Source of the DNA: Planctomycetota bacterium
GTDB lineage: Bacteria > Planctomycetota > UBA8108 > SXIK01
Direction: 5' to 3'
Length of the DNA: 64,000 nt
Assembly: GCA_965223845.1 (NCBI GenBank)
Contig: CBDCXR010000004.1
Coordinates: forward strand, 5,856,001-5,920,000
Shown here: one piece after another, positions 1 through 9,352 of the stretch
Layout: each line of letters opens with the position of its first letter
Position numbering within the stretch: position 1 is the stretch's first letter
Made by a program: the position numbers and the translations under genes
The notes under the pieces: generated by a model
What the model was told of the DNA's origin: nothing
The model's input: the letters and a program-made list of their open reading frames with translations, nothing else
Databases searched by the model: none

Positions 1-589
1 GTTTCGGGTCGAGCGCGGCGAGGAGCGCAGCCTCGTAGCGCGCCGTGGTTTCCTCCTTCGCGCGGGTCGCTTCGCCCTCTTCGATCTCGTGGAGGAGCCG
101 AGCGACCGCGTCGCGGCGGAACGCGGGTGCGGGGTCGTCGAGCATCCCCGGGATCAATCGCTCGACGGCGGACGGATCGACGGCGGTGAGCCAATCGTAG
201 GCGAGCCGCCGCGCACTCGCGTCGCGTCCGGTGTCGCGAACGAAGGCGTCGAGCGCGTCGACGGGGAGTTTTCCCCGCGCGGCGAGTGTGCGTTCCGCGA
301 TCGCATCGACCGCACTCCGAAGCCAGTTCGCGCCGATCGGAGCCTCGGCGTCGATCGCGCCGAGGATGGCCGGGATCGAATCCGCCTTGCTCTTCTCGAC
401 GAGCTCTCGCCACGCCGATCGCGCGTCGTCCGCCCCGGCGCCCTCGCGTCCGGCGCGTGCGATGCGCCCGGCGAGCGCCGTGACTCCGTCGTTCTCGGGT
501 GCGGCGTCGACCGAACCGCTTCCCGCCGCGATGAGGAAAGAAAGCAAAGCGCACTTCGCCGAGTGCAGCAGAATCGTTCTGAGTGTCAC
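1..589 (-). CDS. Secreted conserved hypothetical protein (helical, planctomycete-type); runs off the left edge
   Basis: Not in the ORF track because it has no stop in the window. Manual translation from GTG at 589 gives MTLRTILLHSAKCALLSFLIAAGSGSVDAA (signal-like)...GANWLRSAVDAIAER...ARRLAYDWL...IPGMLDDPAPAFRRDAVARLL, open to base 1. Confidence 0.75.
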   Translation of the reverse strand, partial: MTLRTILLHSAKCALLSFLIAAGSGSVDAAPENDGVTALAGRIARAGREGAGADDARSAWRELVEKSKADSIPAILGAIDAEAPIGANWLRSAVDAIAERTLAARGKLPVDALDAFVRDTGRDASARRLAYDWLTAVDPSAVERLIPGMLDDPAPAFRRDAVARLLHEIEEGEATRAKEETTARYEAALLAALDPK

Positions 590-927
590 TGAGGTTCCCT
601 TTCGACTGCGCCGCTTGGAGCAGGCCGCGCGACCGAAGTCGCGAAGCATCGACCACGGAATCGTTCTGCACAGTGTCGTCGGGTCTCGAACGGCTGTCAT
701 GAAAAAAGGCACGCTCGGCGCTGCGATCCTCCCGTCGCCGCGGAGCCGGGTGAGTCCGCGCGGGGTAACCGCCGCGTCGAAATCGCCGACGCGGAGTCCT
801 CGCGTCCTTCGGGATATGTTTCCCGAGGTTTCCGTGGTTCGCGCGGCGCGCCCGCCCGAGGATAGTCTTCAGACCGCCGCGACGGTGCGACGGGAGTCGA
901 TCGAATGGAATCAGGGCGTACGCTCTC

Positions 928-1566
928 GTGGAATCGACCGAGCTGTTTAGAGAAGACAAGGTGAAGGCGCTTCTCGGGGGGAGTCCCGCCGATGCGACGC
1001 GAGGACTCGAGCAGATCGCGGTTCACCTCCGATTCGGAATCTGCGGCTGGATTCGGCGGCAGTTCCCCGGGATGTCGCCCGAAGATCTCGCCGATACGTG
1101 GCAGGAGACGCTCGTCTCCGTGCTTCGCGCGGTCCGCGAGAAGCAATTCGATCGATCGCGCGAGCTCGCACCGTGGGTCGCGACTCTCGCCTATCGGCGC
1201 GCGGTCGATCTCCTCCGGCGGCGAACCACCGACGGCGAGGCCCTCGATGCGGTGAGGGCGGCGCTCGAAGAAACTCCGCTGGGAGATTGGCGGCGCGAGC
1301 TCGGCCGGATGCAGAGCGCGGAGGTCTTCGAGCTCGTTCGGCGCGAGATCGTCGCGCTTCCCGAGCGCCAGCGCGTCGTCCTTCAAGTCTTCAGCGATCA
1401 TTACCCCGAGACGGCGAGCATGGAACGGCTCCGCGTTCTCGTCGCGGAAACCTCCGGCGAGACGGTGAGCCTCGCCGCCGTCAAGCGCGCCCTTCAAGAG
1501 GGGCGGCGCAAGCTCCGGACGGTCCTCGGCCGCCACGGATTCTCCAACACGAGGAACGAATCATGA
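928..1566 (+). CDS. ECF-type RNA polymerase sigma-70 factor
   Basis: Region 2 (PEDLADTWQETLVSV...WVATLAYRRAVDLLRR) and region 4 (IVALPERQRVVL...VSLAAVKRALQEGRRKLR). Confidence 0.85.
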   Translation: MESTELFREDKVKALLGGSPADATRGLEQIAVHLRFGICGWIRRQFPGMSPEDLADTWQETLVSVLRAVREKQFDRSRELAPWVATLAYRRAVDLLRRRTTDGEALDAVRAALEETPLGDWRRELGRMQSAEVFELVRREIVALPERQRVVLQVFSDHYPETASMERLRVLVAETSGETVSLAAVKRALQEGRRKLRTVLGRHGFSNTRNES

Positions 1567-2936
1567 ACCCGCCCCGCAAACCACATCGTGGGGACGAATC
1601 GAAGGGAGCCGAGCGCGGCGAAGATCGTTCGCGCGACGAACTCGCTCTCGATGCTCTACTCGCGGAATCGCTGCGATCTCCGCCGCGGGCTCCAAGCTTG
1701 AAGGATCTGCGGCAATCGGAGAGCGATCTCGGCGAAAGTGATCGCGCGGCGCTCGAGGCGCGGGAGACGCGGGCGAAAGGGTCTCCGCGCTTCTCCGACA
1801 GCTCGCGTGGGATCGGACCTCTTCGCGATACGGTCGCGCTCGACGCGGTCGGTCGTCGTAACGGGGCAGCGACGGGACGTATCGAAGGGCAGACGGGGGA
1901 AAGCGTGCGCTGGGCGCGAACGAGTTCGCGCGAGCGCGGATCGGGAAATTTACACCTCTCTCGGGAGACGAGAACGATGCAGAAGCTCCTCATTTCGAGT
2001 CTGGCCGCCGTCGCCGCCGTGGCCGTGATCGCGCTGGGAATCTTGGGTCCGTGGAACCAGACGCCGCAGACTGCGAGTATCGATGAGGACGCTCGCTTGG
2101 AAGTCGAACGACTCCGCAGCGAATTGGTCACACTTCAGGGACAGATCGATCAGCTTTCCCAGTCGTTCGAGTTCGCGATGATCGAGCGGGCGGACGAGGG
2201 AGATGACGGCGAAGACGGCGCCGCCGCCGCGTCTGAGGAGGGCGGCGGGGCGAAGAGCGCGCTCGCGGCGGCGGAAGAGCTGCGCCGGACGAGTGGCGAC
2301 GAGGGTCTACGCGCGTACGTCGCGCAGGTCATCGAGGATGATCGACGCGAGCGAGCGGAGAAGCGGCAGCAGGCGATCGCGCAGCACCAGGCGGAGATCG
2401 AGGCGCTTCACCAGGGACCCTACGGCGACCAGAACTTCCGAGTGAACTCCATGGCGAAGAAACTCGGGCTGAGTGATCGGCAAAAGCAGCACTACTACGA
2501 CCTCGTCGTCGACTACAACGCGCAGATCAAGACGGCGCGCCAAGAGGAGGCGAAGGACCGTGCGAACCGCCAGGTCTACCGCGACCGCCGGAAGGTGATC
2601 CGAAAGGAGTTCGCGACCGTCTTCGCCCAGGCGCTCGATCCGGAGCAAACCGAGGTCTTCAACGCCCTCAATGAATGGGAAACGCGACCGGACGGAAGCG
2701 TCGTGAATGCGGTCACCTTTCACGACACTTGGGGTGGAAATCAGGGGGCGGCGGCCCTCACCCCGTCGGTCCGGTATTACAACTACATTCACACCACGAC
2801 CGACGACGGCACGGCGGCGACCGGGACGGTGGAAGCATTCGCGAAGCCAATCGTGGAGAAGCTCGAGCGGGCGACCGTCGAGCTCCAGGTGGAGCACGAG
2901 AGGGCGGCTTCGTCGGCGGGGGCGAGCGACAAGTAG
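1563..2936 (+). CDS. Putative anti-sigma / membrane-anchored coiled-coil protein (alternative start at 1977)
   Basis: ATG overlaps the sigma stop (ATGA at 1563-1566). One hydrophobic segment (LLISSLAAVAAVAVIALGILGPW) follows an in-frame ATG at 1977, then a coiled coil and a Spy/CpxP-like helical region (MAKKLGLSDRQKQ). Confidence 0.6.
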   Translation: MNPPRKPHRGDESKGAERGEDRSRDELALDALLAESLRSPPRAPSLKDLRQSESDLGESDRAALEARETRAKGSPRFSDSSRGIGPLRDTVALDAVGRRNGAATGRIEGQTGESVRWARTSSRERGSGNLHLSRETRTMQKLLISSLAAVAAVAVIALGILGPWNQTPQTASIDEDARLEVERLRSELVTLQGQIDQLSQSFEFAMIERADEGDDGEDGAAAASEEGGGAKSALAAAEELRRTSGDEGLRAYVAQVIEDDRRERAEKRQQAIAQHQAEIEALHQGPYGDQNFRVNSMAKKLGLSDRQKQHYYDLVVDYNAQIKTARQEEAKDRANRQVYRDRRKVIRKEFATVFAQALDPEQTEVFNALNEWETRPDGSVVNAVTFHDTWGGNQGAAALTPSVRYYNYIHTTTDDGTAATGTVEAFAKPIVEKLERATVELQVEHERAASSAGASDK

Positions 2937-2982
2937 AACTTGTCGAGTGTCCTCGAGCTTCTCGTCGGTTGACGAGAATCGG

Positions 2983-3138
2983 TCACCACGAAGGGCACGA
3001 AGGACACGAAGAGAGGCGATAGGAACGGAGAACGAGAGAGAGACTGTTTGCCGCGAATCGCCTTCGCGGGGCCACACACCCTCTCTCACTCTCTCCTATC
3101 AACTCTTCCCTTCGTGTCCTCCGTGCCCTTCGTGGTGA
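2983..3138. repeat. Long intergenic inverted repeat / hairpin between convergent genes
   Basis: TCACCACGAAGGGCACGAAGGACACGAAG (2983-3011) versus CTTCGTGTCCTCCGTGCCCTTCGTGGTGA (3110-3138), 28/29 complementary; inner pairing GATAGGA/TCCTATC, GAGAGAG/CTCTCTC and CCGCGAA/TTCGCGG. Confidence 0.9.
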
Positions 3139-3163
3139 TTGACTCTTTCAGCCACCCGCAGCG

Positions 3164-4645
3164 CTAAGGATCCCCGCCCTCACCGAGCTCCCCCATCCGA
3201 GCGATCACGGCCCGAGTCCGCGGCCCGCGCTCGACCAACCACCGGGTTCGCCAATCCATCTCCCGCCGGAACCCTCCCACCCGTCCCCGGCGAACTTTGA
3301 GCGCGTTCAGATCGCCATTCCAGTTCGGCGTCCCGAGGCGATGGAAGAGCTCACCGGTTTTCTGCTCGCGACAGAGCGCGATCTCGACCTCGCGCATAGT
3401 GTCGAAGCCCGAGGCCTTCGTCGCGGTGTCGAGACTGTGATCGTCGGGCGCGGTGCCGTCGACGAAGCGAAGGAACCGACGAAACTCGGCGGGTGGATCG
3501 CGCTGGAGGTCCTCGTACGCGAGGACCAATCGCGACTCGGGACTCGCGGCGGCGAAGTCGAGGAGCTCGAGCACGAACGCCGAGACGCGCTCGACGCCGT
3601 AGATGTCCGACCCGGCGAAGTTCCGGAGCGAGCCCACGGCGACCCCTTCCCGCGCGCGCTTTTGGTGATAGTAGGACGTCACAACGTCGCGTGGATCGCG
3701 CGTGAGGATCACGCAGCGCTTCCGGGCGAGATCCTCGGCGAAGAGGAGCCTTGGCTCACCTCGGCAATCCTGGAAGAGATCGAAGTAGTTGTGCGTGAAC
3801 AGGACGCCCGGGCTCCGTTCAGCGGGCGGAAAATCGAGCGAGAGCGGTCTCCCGTCGCGGTGAAACCGATACTGTGCGAGAAAGTACCGAAGCCACGTTC
3901 GGCCCGACTTCGGCACGGAAAGCACCACCACGTCGGCGTCGCGCGTCCTTCGCTCGAGCCGTTCTCGCTTCGCCTTGAGGTCGTGCGGGCGCCACTCGAG
4001 CCATTCGTTCGAACGGACGTTCTCGTCGATCGTCGAGTAGGCTAGCCCTCGTTTCGCGGCGACGAAATGGAAGCTGAGCTGATCGCGGCGACTGAAGCGC
4101 GCGATCTCGCTCCACCAATCCTCCATCGCTTCCATGACACGCGGATCTCGGTGACGCCGGAGGATCACCATGCACGCGGGAATCGGGGTGTCGCCGGAAT
4201 ACCCCGCGGCGCGATAGGTCTCGATCTGTCGCGCGATGGTTTCGGGATCGTCTTTCCCGGCGCGGATGCACGCTTCCGCTTCGGCCCGGATCCCGGCGCG
4301 GTCTTCGGGATGCCGGAAGAGGGAGAGATTCTCCTCGGCGAGCCCGCGCTGGAGGAGAGCGCGAAGGTCACCGCGGTGGTCGAGATTCGCGTCGACCCAC
4401 ACGCTCGTGTCGTACTCGGGAAAGTACCGGTGCGGGAGAATCTTCGGCTTCTTCGCCGTGCGCACCGGATCGCTGAAGTGCTCGTCGAACCGGCGCAGCT
4501 TCCAGACCCGCGAGCGAAGCGACGGATTGTCGGTGAAGCAGACGTAATCGAAGTCGTCAACGGGCTGCGGAGGATCGCGGAGCTCGTCGTAGTTCCCGCA
4601 GATGGCCGTGTAGACCACGACTCGCTCTTTCGTCGAGACCATCAC
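3164..4645 (-). CDS. DUF616 (TOD1/MUCI70-like) glycosyltransferase domain fused to a sulfotransferase domain
   Basis: N-half YTAICGNYDEL, YVCFTD, PKILPH, SVWVDAN, SRRDQLSF; C-half PAPS-binding motifs SVPKSGRTWL and RDPRDVVTSYY, plus LAYEDL and KVRRGRVGG. Confidence 0.8.
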   Translation of the reverse strand: MMVSTKERVVVYTAICGNYDELRDPPQPVDDFDYVCFTDNPSLRSRVWKLRRFDEHFSDPVRTAKKPKILPHRYFPEYDTSVWVDANLDHRGDLRALLQRGLAEENLSLFRHPEDRAGIRAEAEACIRAGKDDPETIARQIETYRAAGYSGDTPIPACMVILRRHRDPRVMEAMEDWWSEIARFSRRDQLSFHFVAAKRGLAYSTIDENVRSNEWLEWRPHDLKAKRERLERRTRDADVVVLSVPKSGRTWLRYFLAQYRFHRDGRPLSLDFPPAERSPGVLFTHNYFDLFQDCRGEPRLLFAEDLARKRCVILTRDPRDVVTSYYHQKRAREGVAVGSLRNFAGSDIYGVERVSAFVLELLDFAAASPESRLVLAYEDLQRDPPAEFRRFLRFVDGTAPDDHSLDTATKASGFDTMREVEIALCREQKTGELFHRLGTPNWNGDLNALKVRRGRVGGFRREMDWRTRWLVERGPRTRAVIARMGELGEGGDP

Positions 4646-5532
4646 CCGTCCTCGTCCGCGTGGGGCGGCGGCTCGGCGCGCGCCCCGTCGAGTCGCCGAC
4701 GGAGGACCGTCGTGATGTGGACGCGCTCAGAAATGTCGAACTCGCCGCTTTCGACGAGCTGCGCGATCACGTGCACCGGACCGAGCTCCGGGCGCTTCGA
4801 GTCGTGAAACGCCACCTCACCGCCGGGAACGAGGTGCGGAAGCCAGCACGCGATGTCGCTCTCGACGGCTTCGAGTCGATGATCGCCGTCGATCCAGAGA
4901 AGTCCGACGGGGAGAGTCCAGCCGCGCGCGAGCACGCTCGAGGACAAATTGACGAGCCGCACCGACTCCGCGGTCCCGAGCGCGAGCATCGTGCGGAAGA
5001 ACGCGGCGCGATCGGCGGGACCGAAGCGCCCACCGTTCGCGCCGCGGAACTCTTCGTGCGGTTCGATCGCGTAGACGGGAAGATTCGCACCTGCGCGGGT
5101 TCCGAGCGCGAGCGCCGCCGTCGATTGCCCGCGGTAGCTGCCGATCTCGACAATTACGCCCGAGCTCGCCCGCGCGGCGAGGTCGTAGAGGAGCGCGCAT
5201 TCGGAGTCGTGGATCTTTCCTTCGAGCGAGCGCACGGCTGCGAGCGCTTCCTCTCGCGTCGCCGTGTTCGCGTCGAGCGGGCGATCCACCGAGAACGGCG
5301 GGAGCGCGGCGAGTCGATCGCGCAACCGCCCGCGGATGCGCTCTTGAAGCACCTCCGGGGCGGGGTCGAGCGGCTTCGCGCGCCAGCGCCGGGAGAGCTC
5401 GCCGAGCGCGTTCCCCGTTTTCCAGCGTCTCGTCTCGAGGACCGTCGACAGAAGGCGGTCGAGCTCCTCGTAGATCTCGAGCGGGCAGCTTTCGCCTCCG
5501 CCTTTGCACGAGCTTCGGTCCGGGTCTTTCAC
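4642..5532 (-). CDS. Class I SAM-dependent methyltransferase (Methyltransf_24-like)
   Basis: IVEIGSYRGQST, YAIEPH, LLWIDGDH, LVPGGEVAFHD; 4-bp overlap with the downstream gene. Confidence 0.85.
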   Translation of the reverse strand: MKDPDRSSCKGGGESCPLEIYEELDRLLSTVLETRRWKTGNALGELSRRWRAKPLDPAPEVLQERIRGRLRDRLAALPPFSVDRPLDANTATREEALAAVRSLEGKIHDSECALLYDLAARASSGVIVEIGSYRGQSTAALALGTRAGANLPVYAIEPHEEFRGANGGRFGPADRAAFFRTMLALGTAESVRLVNLSSSVLARGWTLPVGLLWIDGDHRLEAVESDIACWLPHLVPGGEVAFHDSKRPELGPVHVIAQLVESGEFDISERVHITTVLRRRLDGARAEPPPHADEDG

Positions 5533-5679
5533 ACCTCGAACTCTTACGCCTCAGTTCATCTCTTCTTCGTCTTCCTTCGCGCTCTTCCCAAACCCTTCGT
5601 GTGAATCTCATTACGGAAGGGCTAGAGCGGCACTAGATTTTCATCGAAGCGAGAGGCGCGGTCCAGCCTGCGGTGGTCG

Positions 5680-8600
5680 TCAGCAACTCGTATACGACTC
5701 GCATCCGAGCGACGACGCGGGATCCGGGTCGGGCCCGCAGTCGGTGCCATCGGGTCCCGCGCCCCCGATCGGCGGTGGGCCGTCGCCGAAGAGGCGATTG
5801 AGGCCGAAGATCGGATCGGCGATGTTGTAGCTCGTGTCGCCGTTCACATCGCCCGTCTCCGCACAGCTCGGCGGGGCGCCGTCACCGAAGAGGCCGTTCA
5901 GCATGTAGATCATGTCGGCGATGTTGACCTGCGCGTCGTCGTTCACATCGCCACGGCGGATCTCCGGCTGGGGCGGAGAATCGACGAGCGCGGCGATGCG
6001 GTCGGCGTCGAGCGCTTCGTTGTAGATCCGAACATCGTCGACGATCGAGTCGTGGCCGCGCGCGTTGAACGCGCCGAAGGCCCCGATCTTCGCCGTGCCG
6101 GCGTTCCACCCGTCGCGCACACCGATCGCGGTTCCGCCCTGCGACGGGAGGAGCAGAACCGTTTCCTCCGGCTCGCCGTTCACGTACATGAGCTTCTCGC
6201 CGCCCGCGCCGGTCGACGTGATCGCGACGTGATACCATTCGCCGGGCTCGAGGATCGTCGTACCGACCGGGATTTCGGCCGCCGCGCCATCCCAAAAGAG
6301 GAGCACTCGCTCCTGCAGAATGCCCTCGAACGTATTGTTCATGATGGTGAAGCCGATCGCGTCGCCCGGCGTGTTCACAAGCTGGTACTCACCGGGATTC
6401 GTCACGGCGACGCCCGGGTTCACCCACAGCGCGATCGTGAACCCACCGGTATCGAGCGCATTGACGGCCTGAATCGGAAACTCGACCGCGTTGTCGGTCG
6501 ATTCGTCGGCGCCGAGATCGAGTGCACCTCCCACCGCTCCCTGGACCCATTGTGCGTCGTTTTCGTTGACGAATCCGCGCAGAGTGCCGATCGCTCCGCC
6601 GGCGAGATCGATCGCGATCGACCCCGCTCTTTCGTCGAGCTTGAAATGATGGACGAGGCCCGGCTCGACGCTCTGCTCGAGCGTTCCGAACGAGACGACG
6701 CGATCGATGAAGCCGCCGCGCGAGTCCTCGGCGTGAATCTCCGCCGAATAGATCTCGCCCGCAGCGAGCCCGCCGAAGGAAACGGAACGCGTCGTTTCCG
6801 TGCCGCCGATGACGAGGTCGCCGCTGATGTCAGAGCCGTTCAACATCACCGAAATCGCGCCCGGATCGATCGCCGCGCCGGCGTTCGGCGTTGATACGTC
6901 AAACGAAAACCCGCTCGCGGCGTCGTGGAAGGCATCGCCGTCGGCCGGCGAGAGATTGGAAATCTGAAGTGGCGAAGGAGGAGGAAACGGGACGAGCTCC
7001 TCGATTTCATCCTCCTCGAGGAGGCGCGAGTAGATGCGGACATCGTCGACGACCGAGTTGTGCGTTCGTCCGCCGTTGATCGATCCAATCCGCGCGATGC
7101 CCTCCCCCCAGCCATCGGCGACGGCCTCCGGGGCTCCTCCCTGCGACGGAAGGAGCAATTCTTGTTCGGCCGGAAGCCCGTTGATATAGAACTGCCGCTC
7201 GCCCCCTCCACCACCCGACGTAAGGGCCACGTGGTACCACTGGCCCGGCTCGAGGCTGTCGACGCTGACCGTGATGTTCGGCGGGCTTCCGTCCCAGAAG
7301 AGGAGGACACGATTCCGCTGCGTTCCTTCGAACGTCCCGTTCATGATCGTGAAGCCAACGGCGTCACCGGGCGTCGAGAGAAGCTGGTACTCTCCCGGGC
7401 TGCTGATCGCGTCGCCGGGCTTCAGCCACATCGCGATCGTGAATCCGCCGGTCTCGAAGGCGCTCAGAGCCTGGATGTCGAACTCGACGAAGTTGTTGCT
7501 CGAGCCGTCGGCACCGAGGTCGAGCGCCCCATCTTCTTGTCCTTCGACCCACTGTGCGTCGTCGTTCGCCTCGAAGTTGACGAGCTGTCCGACCGCGCCC
7601 CCGGCGATGTCGATCGCCTGCGTCCCAGCGGTTTCGTCGAACGGGAAGTGATGGAGAAGGTCGCCGTCTTCGCTCGGCATCGCCGTTGCGAAGCGATGCG
7701 TCCGCTGGCACAGTCCGCCGGCGCTGTCGCTCACCGAGATGACGGCCTCGTACGCGGTTTCCGGTTCGAGCGACTCGTACGACACGGCGCGGCGCGTGTC
7801 GGTGCCCCCGATCACGAGGTCTCCCGTGACGTCGACGCCGTTGAGGACGACCGCGATCATTCCGGGATCGATCGTCGTTCCCGCGCCGTTCGCAACGACG
7901 TCGAAATGAAAACCATCGCCCGCTTCGTGAAACGTCTCGCCCGCGGGTGGAACGAATGTGTCGAACCCCGGCGCCGGCGCCGGTGGATTCGATTGAATGG
8001 CGTCGATTTCCTCCTCCGAGAGCGCTTCGTCGTAGATGCGAACGTCGTCGACGATCGAGTTGTGAGTGCGAGCTTGGTTGATCGCACCGATGCGCCCGAC
8101 TCCGGCCGGCCAGCCGTTGCGGACTCCGACTCCCGATCCGCCCTGAGACGGCACGAGGAGCGTCAAAGGTTCCTCAACTCCGTTCACGAAGATTCGCTTC
8201 TCGCCCCCGGCGCCGGTCGACGTGATCGCGACGTGGTACCACTCGCCCGGTTCGAGAGAGGTCTCACTGATCGGGATTTCCGGGAGTGAGCCGTCCCAGA
8301 AGAGCAGGACGCGCTCCTGAAGAACGTCCTCGAACGTGTTGTTCATGATGGTGAACCCGATCGAGTCGCCCGGCGTCGAGAGAAGCTGAAACTCCCCTGG
8401 CGAGCTCGTGAAGTCTCCGGGGTTCAGCCACATCGCGATGGTGAATCCACCGGTCGCGCTCGCGTCGACGGCCTTGAGGTCGACCTCGACCCAGCCGGGC
8501 GCCCCCGGCGTGCCGAGATCGCATGCACCGCCGAACTCGCCGGGAACCCACTGGCCGTCACCGGCGTCGTCGAATCCGACGAGTCGGCCGTCGCTCCCAC

Positions 8601-8724
8601 CGACACAATCGGCGGCGACCAGGCCTTCCTCTTCGTCGAAGCGCCAGTGATGCACGAGATCTGCGCGCGCGTGAACACCGAGCGAGACTAAGAACACAAG
8701 GAGCGAGATGGAACGAGTCTGCAT
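5680..8724 (-). CDS. Secreted protein with three LamG/concanavalin-like jelly-roll repeats, two Ig-like spacers and a C-terminal dockerin-like domain
   Basis: Signal peptide from ATG 8724 (MQTRSISLLVFLVSLGVHARA); 3x (HHW/F.FDE...GGFTIA.W..PG...WYHVA.T...DDVRIY); C-terminal IRRGDVNDDAQVNIAD...GDVNGDTSYNIAD. Confidence 0.85.
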   Translation of the reverse strand: MQTRSISLLVFLVSLGVHARADLVHHWRFDEEEGLVAADCVGGSDGRLVGFDDAGDGQWVPGEFGGACDLGTPGAPGWVEVDLKAVDASATGGFTIAMWLNPGDFTSSPGEFQLLSTPGDSIGFTIMNNTFEDVLQERVLLFWDGSLPEIPISETSLEPGEWYHVAITSTGAGGEKRIFVNGVEEPLTLLVPSQGGSGVGVRNGWPAGVGRIGAINQARTHNSIVDDVRIYDEALSEEEIDAIQSNPPAPAPGFDTFVPPAGETFHEAGDGFHFDVVANGAGTTIDPGMIAVVLNGVDVTGDLVIGGTDTRRAVSYESLEPETAYEAVISVSDSAGGLCQRTHRFATAMPSEDGDLLHHFPFDETAGTQAIDIAGGAVGQLVNFEANDDAQWVEGQEDGALDLGADGSSNNFVEFDIQALSAFETGGFTIAMWLKPGDAISSPGEYQLLSTPGDAVGFTIMNGTFEGTQRNRVLLFWDGSPPNITVSVDSLEPGQWYHVALTSGGGGGERQFYINGLPAEQELLLPSQGGAPEAVADGWGEGIARIGSINGGRTHNSVVDDVRIYSRLLEEDEIEELVPFPPPSPLQISNLSPADGDAFHDAASGFSFDVSTPNAGAAIDPGAISVMLNGSDISGDLVIGGTETTRSVSFGGLAAGEIYSAEIHAEDSRGGFIDRVVSFGTLEQSVEPGLVHHFKLDERAGSIAIDLAGGAIGTLRGFVNENDAQWVQGAVGGALDLGADESTDNAVEFPIQAVNALDTGGFTIALWVNPGVAVTNPGEYQLVNTPGDAIGFTIMNNTFEGILQERVLLFWDGAAAEIPVGTTILEPGEWYHVAITSTGAGGEKLMYVNGEPEETVLLLPSQGGTAIGVRDGWNAGTAKIGAFGAFNARGHDSIVDDVRIYNEALDADRIAALVDSPPQPEIRRGDVNDDAQVNIADMIYMLNGLFGDGAPPSCAETGDVNGDTSYNIADPIFGLNRLFGDGPPPIGGAGPDGTDCGPDPDPASSLGCESYTSC

Positions 8725-9300
8725 AGGAGTCCCTCGGGCGTCTCTCGTGGGGCACGGAATCCGTCCGCGTACCGGAGTCAACCGAACGACGACTTCGTCG
8801 GCGACCAAATCGTCGCGAAGCTCGACGATTCCGCCGGATTCGCCGACGGCTCGCGCGGTGATCCCGTTCGCGACGATCGTTTTCCGTTCGCGAACCGGTG
8901 CGTCGACAGATTCCTAGAAATCAGGTTTCTTTCCGACCGAAAGACCATGCTCCCCGACGTTCCGGCTCGGCGCAACCTACATGTCGACGCGACACCAGCG
9001 TTCGGTCGCGACCTTCGAGTACGGCTCCGTGCCGAATCCGTGCGAGCGGTCTGAGCTTCCGAGGTCGTGGCGCGGAGAGTTGGTCACCCTGACTTGATCC
9101 CGAGGCGCGGAGGAAGGCGGCGACCGGCCCGTTGACGGTGTGCTCGAGCGCGGTCTCGGACCCGCGCCCGTCGTCGACGCTCCCTTTCGCCTTCGCCGAT
9201 CCACGGCCGGACTCGAGGTGGCGGTCCAGACACAAAAGAAGATCGCGCGACCATCGCCCTCCGGGGACAGCGCGCGACCTTCCGTTGCGCGGAGCTACGT

Positions 9301-9339
9301 CCCCTCGCCGGCGTGGGGTGACTCGCACGCCGGGAGGGG
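9301..9339. terminator. GC-rich hairpin just after the 9353-11140 stop codon; possible terminator
   Basis: CCCCTCGCCGGCGTG ... CACGCCGGGAGGGG inverted repeat; no clear U-tract. Confidence 0.4.
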
Positions 9340-9352
9340 TTGCGTAAGCCGC

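Noticed and set aside
89-950. Plus-strand ORFs 89-592 and 231-950
   Set aside because: Shadows of the real minus-strand gene that runs off the left edge.
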